Source of the DNA: Sporopachydermia quercuum
Lineage: Eukaryota
Direction: 5' to 3'
Assembly: GCA_001599295.1 (NCBI GenBank)
Contig: BCGN01000001.1
Span: 1,488,001-1,552,000, forward strand
Length of the DNA stretch: 64,000 nt
Shown piece by piece: positions 46,877 to 61,928 of the stretch (its first letter is position 1; the number at the start of each line of letters is the position of its first letter). The notes beneath the pieces were generated by a model. It saw only the letters and a program-made list of their open reading frames with translations. It made no database searches and was not told the origin of the DNA. Position numbers and translations under genes: made by a program.

Positions 46877-47933
46877 TTTGCAAGATTTGTTTCTTTGTTG
46901 TTGTTTTGTTTCAATGAGAAAAGTTCCGTTGATAGCCAATTTACAGGTCTAACATTGAGCGTGTTCGTTTCTTATAAGGACGAGAATGCTTTCCTATCTT
47001 GATCGGCATATAAGTAGTGATAACTCAAAGTACTATAGCTTTCAACCACTTCAATTCTTTAAACAATACACACGATTAATTTGAGCAAATTGAATCTATT
47101 TTATTAACTTTTGTAGTTTTTCTGAACGCGATTTTAGATAATCTTTTTATTAGGATGGACGATTCTTTATGAGAAGAAAAGGATTGTTGGAACAATTACA
47201 TTTACACCTATTTGAGAATAAGATTTGGTTTTATTGGTGAGGTGCATGCATGTTTCGTGTTGAGGCCCCACAGAATGATTATGGGTCACTCACCGTATTA
47301 TGATGCTTGAAGCTGCATGTTACCAGTTTATTATACTGAAAGTATGCCAAATTATTATTGAAAACAAAAAGCTAGAAAGTAATGAACTGGATAAATAAAT
47401 AATTACATAATTACATAGTAGGCTTGTATTTAAGGTCTATGCATCAGTTAGTTTGTGCATAATCATGCATAAGAGTAAAAAGAATCTCCATATTGAACAT
47501 TCTGAACATATTTAACAAAACAGGAAACAAAAAGTAATAATCACTTTACAAATAGTATTTTTGTCCTGTTTTTGTTGTGTTATGATCTAATAAATTTTGT
47601 CTTATTATAATTTCAAAATATAATTGATCTGTGTAGCTATGAATATTCAATTTAGAATCATTACTCACATAAATCTGCTGCTTGTTAACAAGATTCATAT
47701 GTCAATAAGCTTATTGACATATGGGGAAAGAGAAAATGAACTATATTCCAAGAGTCTTGATAGAAAAGAAACGTCAACATTAAGTCATTATTACAAGAGT
47801 ACAATTATAAAATTAATAGTAGACGACTAATAATTCATCAATAATATAACGATATAAAATAATACATACTATAATACACATTCACATCCCCGGAGAAAAT
47901 ACAAACTACACATGTAAACAATTCACTTCCTTG

Positions 47934-48816
47934 CTATGGTTTGTGCTGCTGGTCATATACCTCTCGTAAATAATTTAGATGATCTTTCAATTTGACAAGT
48001 TCAGCGTTATGTTCCGGTAGTATAGATTGCATTGAGGATAGGGTCAAAATACTTTCTTCATAATCTGAAATAATTTGATCAAGGCCCGGTATCACATCTG
48101 CTTCCTTACCACCCAAAAATATCTCCAGCGTTTTCTCCAGTTTCTCGCCTTGCAGACTTTTTATCAGTTCACTGTCTTCCGTTATATTATTTAGTTCCGA
48201 TTCAATTTCTTGTTTACTCTTATTCACTAATTCTTCATATTTTGTTTCTACGAGATCTGGCATTGTTTTTCGCAGTTTCGTCACCTCAATTGTCATCAGT
48301 TCATATTCACCATAAAGTTGTCTCAAGAGATCATTCAAAGCTAAATCAAAGGGTTCCATTTCTATGAATGTATAGTTAGTANCTTTTTGTTTTATTATTC
48401 ACGTTTATAATTGTCAATTTGAAAATATATCAACTTCAACTCACCTTCTTTCACCATTGAGATCTCTTGTCTTAGTGAAGCAACTTTACTCATATCTTTG
48501 CTATCTACTACTAAAGAGTACCTCATCTGCTCATAAGCGTCATACACAAACTATTAATCATTTTAAGCGTTAATAACCTTGGTCATACAATTTCCTACCA
48601 ATTCCCAATGTACCTCTTTTCACATACCTCTTCGAGTAGATTTACCACTTTTTCTCTCAAAGGGTCAGGCTTCCCATTATCTTCAGTTTGGGTTTCTGGT
48701 AGATTAACGTCCAATTTAGCTGTCGCTGAATTCATCACTTGAGACTCCAAATATTGAAGGTCTTTAACTGAAAGGTGAATCTTTCCCTCCGTATCTTCAG
48801 GGACTGAGCCATTCAT
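47934..48816 (-). CDS. NSL1: Kinetochore MIND-complex subunit Nsl1/Mis14, 3 exons (48816-48628, 48550-48445, 48361-47934; 240 aa)
   Basis: Introns GTATGT..TATTAAC..TAG and GTGAGT..TACTAAC..TAG keep the frame. The KI.L...DL.YL....AKLD..LP..DPLR.KV..L and EPFD..LN..L..LY...E......V.KLR..P patterns fit Nsl1, and the gene neighbours VMA11 as in S. cerevisiae. Confidence 0.8.
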
Positions 48817-49399
48817 TATATCTTTGATAGTGAAAATAAGTGCCTACTGCCAAATTCTCTTCGTTGACTCATTAAACCTTTCCTTAGGATAACCTTCAAT
48901 CGTACTCTTACTCAATTATATCATCTAGAAAGCCCAGCAATCCCATCTCTATGATCTACACCAAACAATCAACAATAAACGATCGACAATAAATTTTCTA
49001 TTTTTTGTACTTTCTAGATCATCTATAGCCATAAATGTTTTGTTTACATAATNAATAGCGATCAAAAGAGTTGATACTTATTTAATGGTACTTGGTACAG
49101 AATGAGATGCGATCTGACATATGCAACTTCNAATAGCANAATACTTACCCCCTGAAATAAGACATTGCATTTTGATATCTCCAGAAACCCCATGTAAGCT
49201 TTTGCAACCGTCACAATCCCTTGGCTGCAATATGTGTGAGAGCCTTCTATGAATGGGGTGAATGATAAACTACGATATACAGTAAATAACAATATAGAAA
49301 GAAAAAAATTATTCATTTATTTATTTGATGAAAGATCTATATTTCATATTCACTATTGACTGAAAGGCAACTGATGAATGATACAATTGAGTTGTCGTA

Positions 49400-50422
49400 A
49401 TGTAAGTTTGATATAATACGATGGATGTGGATGCGATGATCGGTTGATGAACAATTGATACACAATACAATGAAGATTGACTAGGCTGAGCAATGAGATG
49501 CTGTTTATATCTGAAGATGTGATCAGAAGATTTACCAACGACTATTAGCTAAGTAGAGTAAATATATGATTAATGGTTTAAAGTGAAAGCAATGCTGGAT
49601 CCTTGTCAAGGAATGAAGAGAACAGCGAGGATGATGACAATTACTAAACGATAAAAATTCAACTGGTAGTCAGTAGTATTGAAAATATTGTAGCATTGAG
49701 ATGAGAATAGCTCATTATTTACTATATATTATGATATTTATATTCTAACAAAACGCGACTACAGGTCTTCTGTGTCTAATGAATATGCACCTGCTTTCGC
49801 ACCCTTCTTTGGGTTTGCTGGGTAAGTAATTTAGAAATTTTGCAATACTNTTTGAGATTGATGTTCTTTTTTTCATTCATTTACTACAATCTGTACTAAC
49901 ATTAAAACCAGCTGTGCTGCAGCAATGGTTTTGAGTTGCGCTGGAGCAGCCATTGGAACTGCTAAATCTGGCATAGGTATTGCAGGTATTGGCACATTCA
50001 AACCTGAACTGATTATGAAAGTATGTAATGATAATTAGAGGTGTTTTGTCATGATCTCTTTTCTGGAAAAGAAAAGCAGACTCTAACGTGCTTGCTTTTA
50101 GTCGTTGATTCCAGTGATTATGTCTGGTATTTTGTCGGTTTATGGATTAGTAGTTGCTGTACTCATAGCAGGGGGATTAAGCCCAACTGAAACATATTCC
50201 ATATTCAATGGATTTATGCATTTAGCATGCGGTTTAGCAGTTGGATTTGCTTGTCTCGCTTCTGGATATGCCATTGGAGTTGTTGGTGATGAAGGTGTTC
50301 GACAGTATATGTTGCAACCAAGATTATTTGTAGGAATTGTCTTGATTCTAATTTTTGCTGAAGTTTTGGGATTATATGGGATGATCATTGCTTTGATTTT
50401 GAACACTAAGGGAAGTGGCTGA
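49400..50422 (+). CDS. VMA11: V-ATPase V0 subunit c' , 4 exons (49400-49401, 49765-49821, 49912-50020, 50102-50422; 162 aa)
   Basis: The spliced product is [74 protein letters not shown]...[20 protein letters not shown]. The position of the first exon (AT|G) is inferred. Confidence 0.93.
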
Positions 50423-50636
50423 TCCCCAACATTTAGTTGATAAATAAATACATGTCAAGGACGAATAGTCAAAATACTGTTATAAATGTATGAGTTTTTT
50501 GTAGAATGAAGTAAAGAAATGGAGCCTAAAGTACGAATGAAATTTACGAGCCGGAAGTAAAAAAAAAAAGATATAATTAAGCATCATTTATTGAATTATT
50601 CACAATGAGTGATGATGTAAAATTACAACAAGTCTT

Positions 50637-52088
<1,452 letters not shown>

Positions 52089-53000
52089 TTATCAAAACCT
52101 GAACAACGCCAAAATTAAATTCCAATTAGCTATGAATTCTACACTTAAAAATCAACGGTTAATATCACAGACTGTGGTCACCTTTGACTGAAAAATACAA
52201 GCAAATTGAATCTAGTTTTCTCTATTTCTTTGGGTTCAACAGTTTTTTCAACAGTTTTTTCGAGCTTCCTATCTTCACAATAAGCTATCAATTTCACAGC
52301 AAAACAATCCTGTTTATTGGTAGAATTCCAGAAGTATAGTCTAGTATAAAAAACCAATATTCAAACGAATTGTTCAATTGAACTCCACGNAATCAGTCTT
52401 TGTCAACATACCTATCTGGTTGATGATAGATATTTCACAATATAAAAATTATGATGACTACGCAAAAGGTAGAGANAGGGCGGTATACAGGCGATAAATA
52501 GAAATAAAACAAGAAGAGACTTGATGTCTGGGTGTATGTTCTCTGGAGCTTTAAATGCAAAAATAGTGTCACATGACATATAGGAAAACGTGACAATCAT
52601 AAGAGCTTGAAAGGTGTGACATCTCCAGCCTTGTAAATAAATGATGAAGGAATTGAACCGAAGTTAATTGAGCTGATGAACAGATGACATAAGGAAATTG
52701 AAGATTAGGAAGAAGGCTGTTTGCGAAGAACTAATTAAAAAGCATTACTTACAACTGGAGTATTAACAGGAGAGAACAATACTTGTGTTATTCATAGATG
52801 AGAGNTATAAAAAAATCAGAACATTCATATTAGATGCGATATCTATCGTTGACAGCGAGTCTAGGTGTTAGTGAAAGTAAGGAATACCGTCGCGAATTAC
52901 AACATCTATTCGTGATTAAAGCATAGACTATCAAGAAAAGAGGTCAAGCAAGCGAATCAATAGGGAAACGAAATAACAACAGGCAACAATCGGAAAGTGA

Positions 53001-54243
53001 ATGATGATATTGACTCAATATTTCTCAGATATCGTATACTCGATAGCGTCATGTTTATCCTGTAACAGATCACCAGTGTTGAAGATAAATCGAGGAACAT
53101 TCAAGATTGTCAAGCTTTTAGGAGAGGTATGAATAGATAAATTCAAAATTATGAGAAAACAAGTAGTGAAAATCTACTGAACACTATTTTTCTCTATGGA
53201 TATAAGCTGCTGACTTTACTTTACTAACGTCTCTTATGCAGGGAGGTTTCTCTTATGTTTACATGGTTGAATCTCAAAATGGCCATATGTATGCATTGAA
53301 AAAGATTCGATGTTCGTTCGGACAAGAAAGTGTGCGGTCAGCTATGCAAGAAATTGAATGCTATAAACTATTCAATTCTCCTTATATTATCAGAGCAATC
53401 GACTCAAGTATAGTGCAAGAAGCAGATGGAACTAAGACGGTTTATATTGTTCTACCTTATTATGAAAGAGGGAATCTTCAAGATTTAATCAATGCTAATA
53501 TTATGAACAATTCAAACTTTGATGAAGACTTGATACTGCATTATTTCATTGGAATATGTAAAGGTCTCCAAGCGATGCATAACTACCATATGGAACCTAG
53601 TGTGCGTTTAAACAGACTTTCATCTAATTTTGATGGAGCCAACAGNAGAGGTAATGAAGAACATGATGTTTTGTTGAATGATGGAGATAGTGCTGCAGGT
53701 AGTACAGAAGGCGATGATTTTGTAATAAATATTGATTCAGAAGAAGGTACAGAAATGGGAGAAAATATAGCTTATGCGCATAGAGATATTAAACCCGCTA
53801 ATATAATGATATCTGGTGATGATACACCAATCTTGATGGACCTAGGATCCTGTAATAGAGCCAGAAAAAGGATCAAAACTAGACAACAAGCCCTTGAACT
53901 ACAAGATTTAGCAGCAGAACACTGTACACTACCTTATAGAGCTCCAGAGTTATTTGATGTGAAAACAGGAATGGCGGTTGATGAAAGAGTTGATATTTGG
54001 AGTTTAGGTTGCACACTGTTTACATTAATGTATAATTCATCTCCTTTTGAACTAATGGCTGCAGAAAGTGGAGCTAGTCTTAGTCTAGCAATTGTGGGTG
54101 GTCAGTATAAATTTCCTAATGCTCCACATTATTCGGATGAGCTGAAAGACTTGGTACGATTTTGTCTTGTCGTTGATCCTTCGGAAAGACCTTTCATTAC
54201 TCAAGTAATGTCAAAAGCATTAGATCTTCAAGATAATCTATAG
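53001..54243 (+). CDS. ENV7: NAK-family Ser/Thr kinase Env7/STK16, 2 exons (53001-53126, 53242-54243; 375 aa)
   Basis: Exon 1 reads MMILTQYFSDIVYSIASCLSCNRSPVLKINRGTFKIVKLLGE. Intron GTATGA(53127)..TACTAAC..CAG(53241). Exon 2 has GGFSYVY, ALKKIRC, HRDIKPAN, DLGS and CTLPYRAPELF. Confidence 0.92.
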
Positions 54244-54402
54244 CAGTATCTAATTCTTCTAATAGTAATGGTCGTCAGGCAAAAAAAATTTAACAAGAAG
54301 CCCAAACTTTTGATATAAAGTAAAATACTAGCAACATTTATTATACAGAACACACTACCAACCCATTAAACTGCCTAAACATAACATAGCGTATCCACTC
54401 AT

Positions 54403-54963
54403 TCAAAGAACAATTTTCTCTATCACCTTCCTTAATGGTAATCCCCAAGCAGAAACACCAGTCTGTAATAACGTGTATTTTACTACCATGTTTTTACCAT
54501 TTTGAAGGTCACTCTGACTCTTCTTTTCAAATCCACCAATAGCCAAATCAAGCACAGAATCTACTACTTGTAAATCTGCCAATGTCAGTTCTGGCAATAT
54601 GTTATTCAACTTTCTTTTATAATAGGCAAATTCTTTCGCTCCAATACCAGTTGGAAATTCTAGCACCTGGCTGAGTTTCTTTTGAACAGTATTTCTTAAT
54701 GCAGTCTGTTCTTCTTCTAAATCATCTAAGTCATTTGATACTTCTAAACTAGATGAAATGATACTTATCGTACTTGATGTTCGCTGCATAGGAGGAGGAG
54801 GTCTACCAATATTGACAGCAGGATTTGTACATGGTTGTTTTCCACTCGGTGGCACCGAGCTACTAACAGATTTCAAGGATAATAACGATTCATGAGAGCT
54901 CATGAATTTCTTTGAAGCAAAGAATTCTGCCGGTGAGCAATCGTTCCAGCCTGCTTGAGCCAT
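54403..54963 (-). CDS. Small SRA1/Sec31-C-terminal-like protein (186 aa)
   Basis: Clean ATG-stop ORF with N-terminal GWND, a PPPP run and a helical C-terminus (KRKL..IL ... W..PLRKVI). The family assignment is by eye. Confidence 0.65.
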   Translation of the reverse strand: MAQAGWNDCSPAEFFASKKFMSSHESLLSLKSVSSSVPPSGKQPCTNPAVNIGRPPPPMQRTSSTISIISSSLEVSNDLDDLEEEQTALRNTVQKKLSQVLEFPTGIGAKEFAYYKRKLNNILPELTLADLQVVDSVLDLAIGGFEKKSQSDLQNGKNMVVKYTLLQTGVSAWGLPLRKVIEKIVL

Positions 54964-57755
54964 TGTTCTAGTTCTACACTTGTCTCTTTCAATATAATGT
55001 ACTCAGATGTTGACTCAAGATTAATTTAACATCTAGTCTTCTCTATCTCTCTTTTAACTTAACAAAAGTTGAGTATAAAATCATCATAATTGTTTTGTAT
55101 CTAAATATCGCTAACAATAATCTGTAAATACTGACAAAAGAGCATCTCAGGACTGGCAAGTGGTTTTATTTTTATATAGCACTTAGTTGCTTTAGCTATG
55201 ATCGGAAAATTCCCTAAACGGCATTTTTAGTATGAGCAACCGTGACAGAAGAAGCAATATCATGACATATTTAGATGGTTTATTCAAGGGCAATATATAC
55301 ACAGGAGGTAAGTGACGACACAAGCAAGCTGGGTTGCATGAAGTGAACTCCTAGTTGTCATCACCATTATAGTGAGTTATATATCTCAGTTTGCAGGACG
55401 GGAAATCAAAAATAAGAAACAGCTGTCAAATACTTGCTTACATCATTGAGTGTAACAATTTTTCAAGCTTAAGAATGTTGATTTTGCAGGAACTTTTCTA
55501 CTGCATTACATTAGGACATTATCATGTCACGATAAATCAAAGTGGCTCTGCTCTACGGGAAACAGCTGGCAGGAAGCAATAAGTTGTATTACCATGGGTG
55601 TTTACTGCAGATTCTTGTTCGAGGTTTCGTAATATTATAATTCGGCTAGCTAACGGAATCCAAATCAAAGTGTGTAAATAGAAGGACTGAACAGGGGTTA
55701 AGAAGAAAACCCTTGAACCTTCATTGCATAGTAGTAGGACGCAATGCATTATAAAGAAACGAAAGATATGAACGCTTCATTGCGTTAGTAAGGATAAACA
55801 GATATATAGAGCCATCAAGGTAGGACTTATGAGCAACCATTAAATACTTAATCTCAATTCAGATTTGGTGGAAACTAGACATCAATCTGGGCCAGTACTT
55901 TTCACGATCACTCTGCATAATCTGAACCAGGTCAATGGATCTTATTCAACAATTCCTTTCTTCACCACCTCTTCTTCCACGAAACACTAGATCGTTACCT
56001 CAAATGAACAATCAAACTAATCGCGTAAGTCTTTACATGAATATTAACGACACTTTAAACTTTTCGATAGAATATCAAACAGATTTCAGTACCCAAATTG
56101 CTTCTCTACACATTTTAGCTCAACCTTCTTCAGTCGTCATCACATTATATTCAATAAAGCCCCTACTAAATGTCACAGTTTAGGGATTGATCTTGTCAGG
56201 CACATCTCATCTATTTTGTAGAGTTGTAGGATTATCGACTTCATATGATCCTGCCAAAGGAATTATTAATCGTGATAGAACAAAATGAGCTATTTCAAGA
56301 GAAGTCAAACTGTTACCTGATTATATTTTTTTTTGTTTCCCTCAATTGTATTGTTTTCAAAGAGAATACTTGAATCTTTACAGGCAATGAAGGCTCTTGT
56401 TTTAAACAAATGGATGAGCACTTATTCGATGTGGATACTTTCAAGGTTGCTTATGAAGGACAGTTTTACAAGAGTTTTATATTGTTCATATCTATTTACA
56501 TTCCATGGGTACTATCTCATGAGCTCATGTCATGTACCATGCATCAACAAACAAGTTCAATTACACGGAAAACTCATCTTTAAGAATATACAGGTTGGAT
56601 AAATCGTAAATTCACTCATGTTGGTAAATCTCAGAGCATAATGGAACGTGTTTTTCTTTATTACTTGATGATTCAACATCTCAACGTGTCCCATCAATCT
56701 AGATGACTGCCCGAGAATATCAGTAGTTTCAGACTTATCTCAAACAATTCAGCTTTGAAAAAGCAATTGGTACTATCGTTCAGTCAACATGATAAAAATA
56801 CATTATTTCATCCTTTTCAAGCGTTTCTGATATGTTAAAGCCATAGCCACAGTAATCACTATATAACGACAGTGACGATAACGAGAAATCATTTTGAATT
56901 TGAGTTGCTGGAGCTGATTTGAGATTTCCATTTGCCGACATCCGAGATAATCCGTAAAACACTAAAATCATTAAACACGATTAATATCAAGCAACCAAAC
57001 AAGTAGACATATAGATAATAATTATCAACACATGTAATAATACTATATGACTATGCTAAAAACCATCCTTGTTATGTTTTATATTTCAGACTCTTTAATC
57101 CTTACTTATTCTGATACCTTTCTGTAACTCATTGTTTTATCATTTCCATCAATAATATGCATGCAAACATATGCAAGGATACCCAATGAGCTACATAGAT
57201 AACATGTATATAATATATTTCCATCGCTTTCATGTATGTTTAGTGAATAACGGACAATGAGTACATTTGAAGGTTGATGATTGTGATTACAACAAGCATT
57301 ACAGGTGACTGCTATCCATTGGCTGTTATAATACGTATCAATGCTGACAAATAAAGGCAATTCTAAAAGACTTACAATATTAAGCTGATGTATATAAAGT
57401 GATGCTGATCCTTGAATTGCTAGGAATACCANATTTATGAGGTAAAAGTTGAATAGTAACCAACGGAAGTTATCGGCATATTCGGTTATCTGTGATCACA
57501 TACGTTAATTCATCTATTGGAAGAACAGTATATTGTGTTGAAGAGAAGATAGCAATTACTTTATTTAGCTATTTATTGAGATTTTTGTTGCTTCCTTATA
57601 TATCAAACAATTTAGGTACAAGAAAACGAGGGCATCTATCTTGTTGTTTTCACTTTGGTCAATAGGCGATTGATTTGAAGAGACTAAAGTCTATTGAGAC
57701 TTGAACGTTCAGCGGAATTATACCTACTGCTATTTGGGAGACGTTTTTAGGAAAA

Positions 57756-58794
57756 ATGTCTATATTCAAGCATATATTTGCAGAATATCCAGAGCCTCCT
57801 GAGGTGGGCTACTGGGGTGTTGGGTAAGCTATTCGGATACAGAAATCTAAAAACTCAGATCTTACCTGAAGAAATAATATACAGTTTTACTTACAAGACT
57901 AAATAGGGATGCTACCATTGATTGGTGTGAAGAAAACTATGTTGTGAGCCATTATATGGCGGAAGCACTAAACACAGTGACAAATTTTCTATTTGGTAGG
58001 TTGCCATGTGATTGATGATGATTGAAATACATATATGACATTCAAATCGTGCTTTAAATCAATCCCAACACTCAATACTAACCAATTTAGTTGTGATGGG
58101 AATTCATTCTATATATATATGCTGGAGGAACAAATTTGAAATTCGATTTTTTTTAATTGCTTTTGGATTCGCATTGGTTGGTGTAGGCAGTTGGATGTTT
58201 CATATGACCCTGTGGTATAAGTACCAACTATTAGATGAACTGCCAATGATTTATGCAACATGCGTTCCATTTTGGACAGTATTTTCCTACAAGAAGACCA
58301 AGTCTGAATCGATTTTGATTGGTATTTTAGTTGCAATCGGAGCAGGGTTGCTGACCGCTATCTATCTGTACTTGAAGGATCCAACTATTCACCAAGTAGC
58401 TTATGCGTTATTGAATGTTGGAATCATATTCAAATCATATTTATTAACGGAGAAATATGTTCACGATTCTAAGGCCAAATCAAACTTATATCGTGCCATG
58501 ATTATGGGTATTAGCACTTTCTTGTTTGGATACTTCCTATGGAACTTAGATATCCATCTCTGCCAACTCCTGCGTAGAACCAGAAGATCGGTTGGAATGC
58601 CTTGGGGATTTTTCCTTGAAGGCCATGCTTGGTGGCATATTTTCACTGGTGCAGGCGTCTACTTTTATCTGATCTATCTACAATATCTCAGGTGTTTCTT
58701 GATTAATACGCAAGATGACTATGAGTTCTCTTGGGTGTTGAATACCATTCCACGTATTACGATGAAGGAAAAGAGTTCAAAGAAAACNCAGTAA
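57756..58794 (+). CDS. YPC1: Alkaline ceramidase (Ypc1/Ydc1 family), 3 exons (57756-57823, 57907-57995, 58091-58794; 286 aa)
   Basis: The spliced product has [49 protein letters not shown] and [11 protein letters not shown]. Introns are GTAAGC..TAG(57906) and GTAGGT..TACTAAC..TAG(58090). Confidence 0.92.
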
Positions 58795-61700
58795 GTATAT
58801 AGAATATCAAAATTGTATCAATTTAATTTATTCATTCACTTTTCAATAACTCATTCGCATTTCAAATTCTGAAAAACCTGTCAGATCTGCTTGGCTACTT
58901 ATGAAAAACTCGTAAATTTACGTATCAGAAAAGATGATTCATGCAAGAAGCAAGCAAACTCAACTTTATTAGAACCTTAATTTTCTTTATCATAAGATAC
59001 TTTATTTTTCAAGTTTAGAAGTGAAACGCGTGCTTAGAGCATACAAGATTTGGGCATGCTGAGACAACAGATTATGATAAGAAATACCAAGGTTAAGGCC
59101 AAGAACAGGAAAATTTGCCTTGAAAATAGGAAGGGTGTTGATTGGCTTTTCCGATTCAGTTGAAATTTGCTTGAAAACATCAACACTTAGTTAGCACGTG
59201 AAAAAAAGAACAAGAACAAAGAAAACCTATGTATGGCTTATTGGTGGTGTTCAACTGATGGCAAAGGCTGACTGACGACTAATCGATTTCTCCTTTCCTA
59301 CGTACTTCAATTGAAAACCTTGCATTAGTAAAATTGAATAAGAGAGATCATTTCTATCAAAATCTACATAATTCAACAAAAGCTGATTTGTTTAAGAGAT
59401 GAACATGAGAGAGCGATTAGATTATAGATGTTGTTCAGGTAATGGGCCAAGTAAAATTCATTTCAATTCCCAATAACTGCAGCAGCTTCAAGCACTCTAT
59501 AATACCATCCTTCTTCAAACAGGAACTAGTAGTATATCACCACATTAATTATTAATATATTCTAACTGTAATTATCATCAAAGTCGAAAACTGTATTTCT
59601 ACATACTTTGTGTCTCTAAGTAAGCTGCACTAACTTAGCGGTCCACTTCCTCAGTAATCACTATTAAACAAATACCAAGAAGTGACAATAACATTCGCGT
59701 TCATAGTTACGTAATTAAACCACAATAAAACAATGCACTAGAATGTTTCTTCAACACCTAAATACTAAGTAACGATTAGGAACGTTCTTAATGAACACCA
59801 GTTTGTTTATAAAANTGAACCGATACCAGCAACACAAAAAAACAGCATACTTCATGACACCCATTTCATCGTTTTGCTAAATCAGAGGAACACCATATTC
59901 TCTTCATCATCAATATATATCTCTTGGCCTGACTTCCTAGTATTAACAACTCAATTACAAAAATATAATAGCGTTTAAGTTCTGAGTTTCTGTGACAAAA
60001 AAAGATAGGGTCTATTAAATAAACTCCAGGTGATGCTTCATCACATAAAGCTGACCAATAGGATTTTATTTATTTGTAAGCATCTGAATGAGCTACGATG
60101 AGATTTCTCTTTCAGACTTGTCGGTTAGAAACAAAGTTAAAAGCTAAAAAATAAATGCTTAAAGTTCAGTTGGCCTTTACAATTAGGGCTAAGTAAGGTT
60201 TTTAACGTTAAAACGTTATTCATTATGTTAAAACCGAGACCCTCATAAGGTAAGGTGGTGATGGAAATATAGAAATGGNGAAGAGTATGAAAGGATTGAG
60301 AAAGAGAAAGATTATTGAAAACCTGATAAAAAAATCAACTGCAAATAATGAGACACTGAAAGTAACATTCAAAGAAGAGACTCAATCACTCGGTAGTATC
60401 TAATTAGGGTTTAAAAAAGATCCTCGTGTGAAATCTTTCTTTATATATACATTACTAAGAGTTTATATATTATTTCTTTCACTCCAGTTATATGCTTTTC
60501 TTTTATTCACTCCCTCGGGTTATTAAGTATCCCGTTATAAAACTATAATTCCTATTACATATTATCCTATACACTAATTACCAATTGAACTGGGTAAGAG
60601 TGTCATTCAGTTATCTAGATATAAATATATGACCTTTTATAATCGATCTTCGCTGGTAAGTAATTACAAGATTTTGATAGAAAGTGCCGTGGCAAAAAAG
60701 TAGAATTGAAAATTGTAGTTAATGTAATTATTTATTGTATCTTAATTTTTAATTCCACAGACTGGAGTTGAAATGAAGTGTAGCTTATCTCAAGTTTCCA
60801 TGTGTTGGAGCTATTTCATGTCCCACCTGCTATTCGTTGAAAACGGGCTTAGAGACAATAGATTTGATTTGATATATTTTCAACAAAATCAAAATTCAGT
60901 CTGAATTTCTTACCTACAACAATTGGTAGTTTACCGTTTTCATTATACTCACTATTATGTAATGAATCAGTTCTTGAAGGAGTATATGAAAGGATTAGAC
61001 TTTCAAAGGGAATCTAAAATCTAAGTGAAGTTATAAGTATAGTCGGAAGAGTCTGAGAATACTTTTCTTCTTACAAAAGAGAATTGAATGACAGGAAGCA
61101 AAAAACAACAAGAGTGGCATACTATTTGAAACTTTTTGAACAAGTAACTTACAAAAGTGCACCTTTGATACGTAGTTAACCTCTTTTTATCTTCAAGTTG
61201 CTCGATTCTTATTCATCATCCATTTTTTCCGCGGTGATGATAAGTTGATCTCATCGGTCATATCTCTATTTCGATAATTCAAGAGGATCTGGTAGAGACC
61301 CTTATTGATTTTTATCAAAATAGATTAAACTCAAACTCAAACTCAAATAAATTTAGCTTTTGCCTGTGGAAGTTTAAATCTCTTACCAAATAATATGATA
61401 CATGAAAAATATTACTGCGTTCCTGTCTTCTCTTAAGTAACTGTTTGATTCTTCTTTTTCTCTGTTAGTTTGATACAATACAACAGGAAGAACTAACAAA
61501 ATATTGAACTAACATATAAAATTGTCAAACCAACTTATTACTACTTTGATTCTTTCAAATATTCCTAGGGTGTAGTAGGAAATACTAGAAGTTGGCTCTG
61601 TTAAGCGGTTAGTGACCTCATTTCGAACAAACAAACGGACACCAATTGTACAGCCATCAAACTCCAAATCCCAAGAATCAAATATCAAGAACTAAATTTA

Positions 61701-61928
61701 TCGCGAATCTATACAAGTTGACCGACAGTTGTTAAACATTGACGGCTTAGTTGTTATCGTTATTGTCCTTAACAACGAAGAAACTTCCATGAATAACTGA
61801 TTGGCTGAGTTGCAGCAGTACTATCCACTAGTAAACATTTACACAACAGTTCTCCGAACTTTCACATTCTCAATCAATAATCAAGGTAAGAGACTTTCAG
61901 CTCAGCTACAATATATATTCACAGCAAA

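Noticed and set aside
49141..49175. ATACTTACC followed by ATTGCA resembling the U1 snRNA 5' end
   Set aside because: The spacing is wrong and there is no U1-70K stem-loop or Sm site. It is more simply a minus-strand GTAAGT motif.
49445..49515. TGATGA..CTGA..ATGAGA..CTGA inside VMA11 intron 1 as a C/D snoRNA
   Set aside because: I could not match either guide to a known rRNA or snRNA site and there is no clear terminal stem. Snoscan would be needed to settle it.
49999..50020. Alternative yeast genetic code (CUG read as Ser or Ala)
   Set aside because: CTG encodes the conserved Leu of KPELIMK in Vma11, which supports the standard code.
55232..55632. Possible small spliced gene (ATG 55232, GTAAGT 55308)
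   Set aside because: There is no branch-point consensus before the candidate acceptors, and the resulting peptides are short and unrecognisable.
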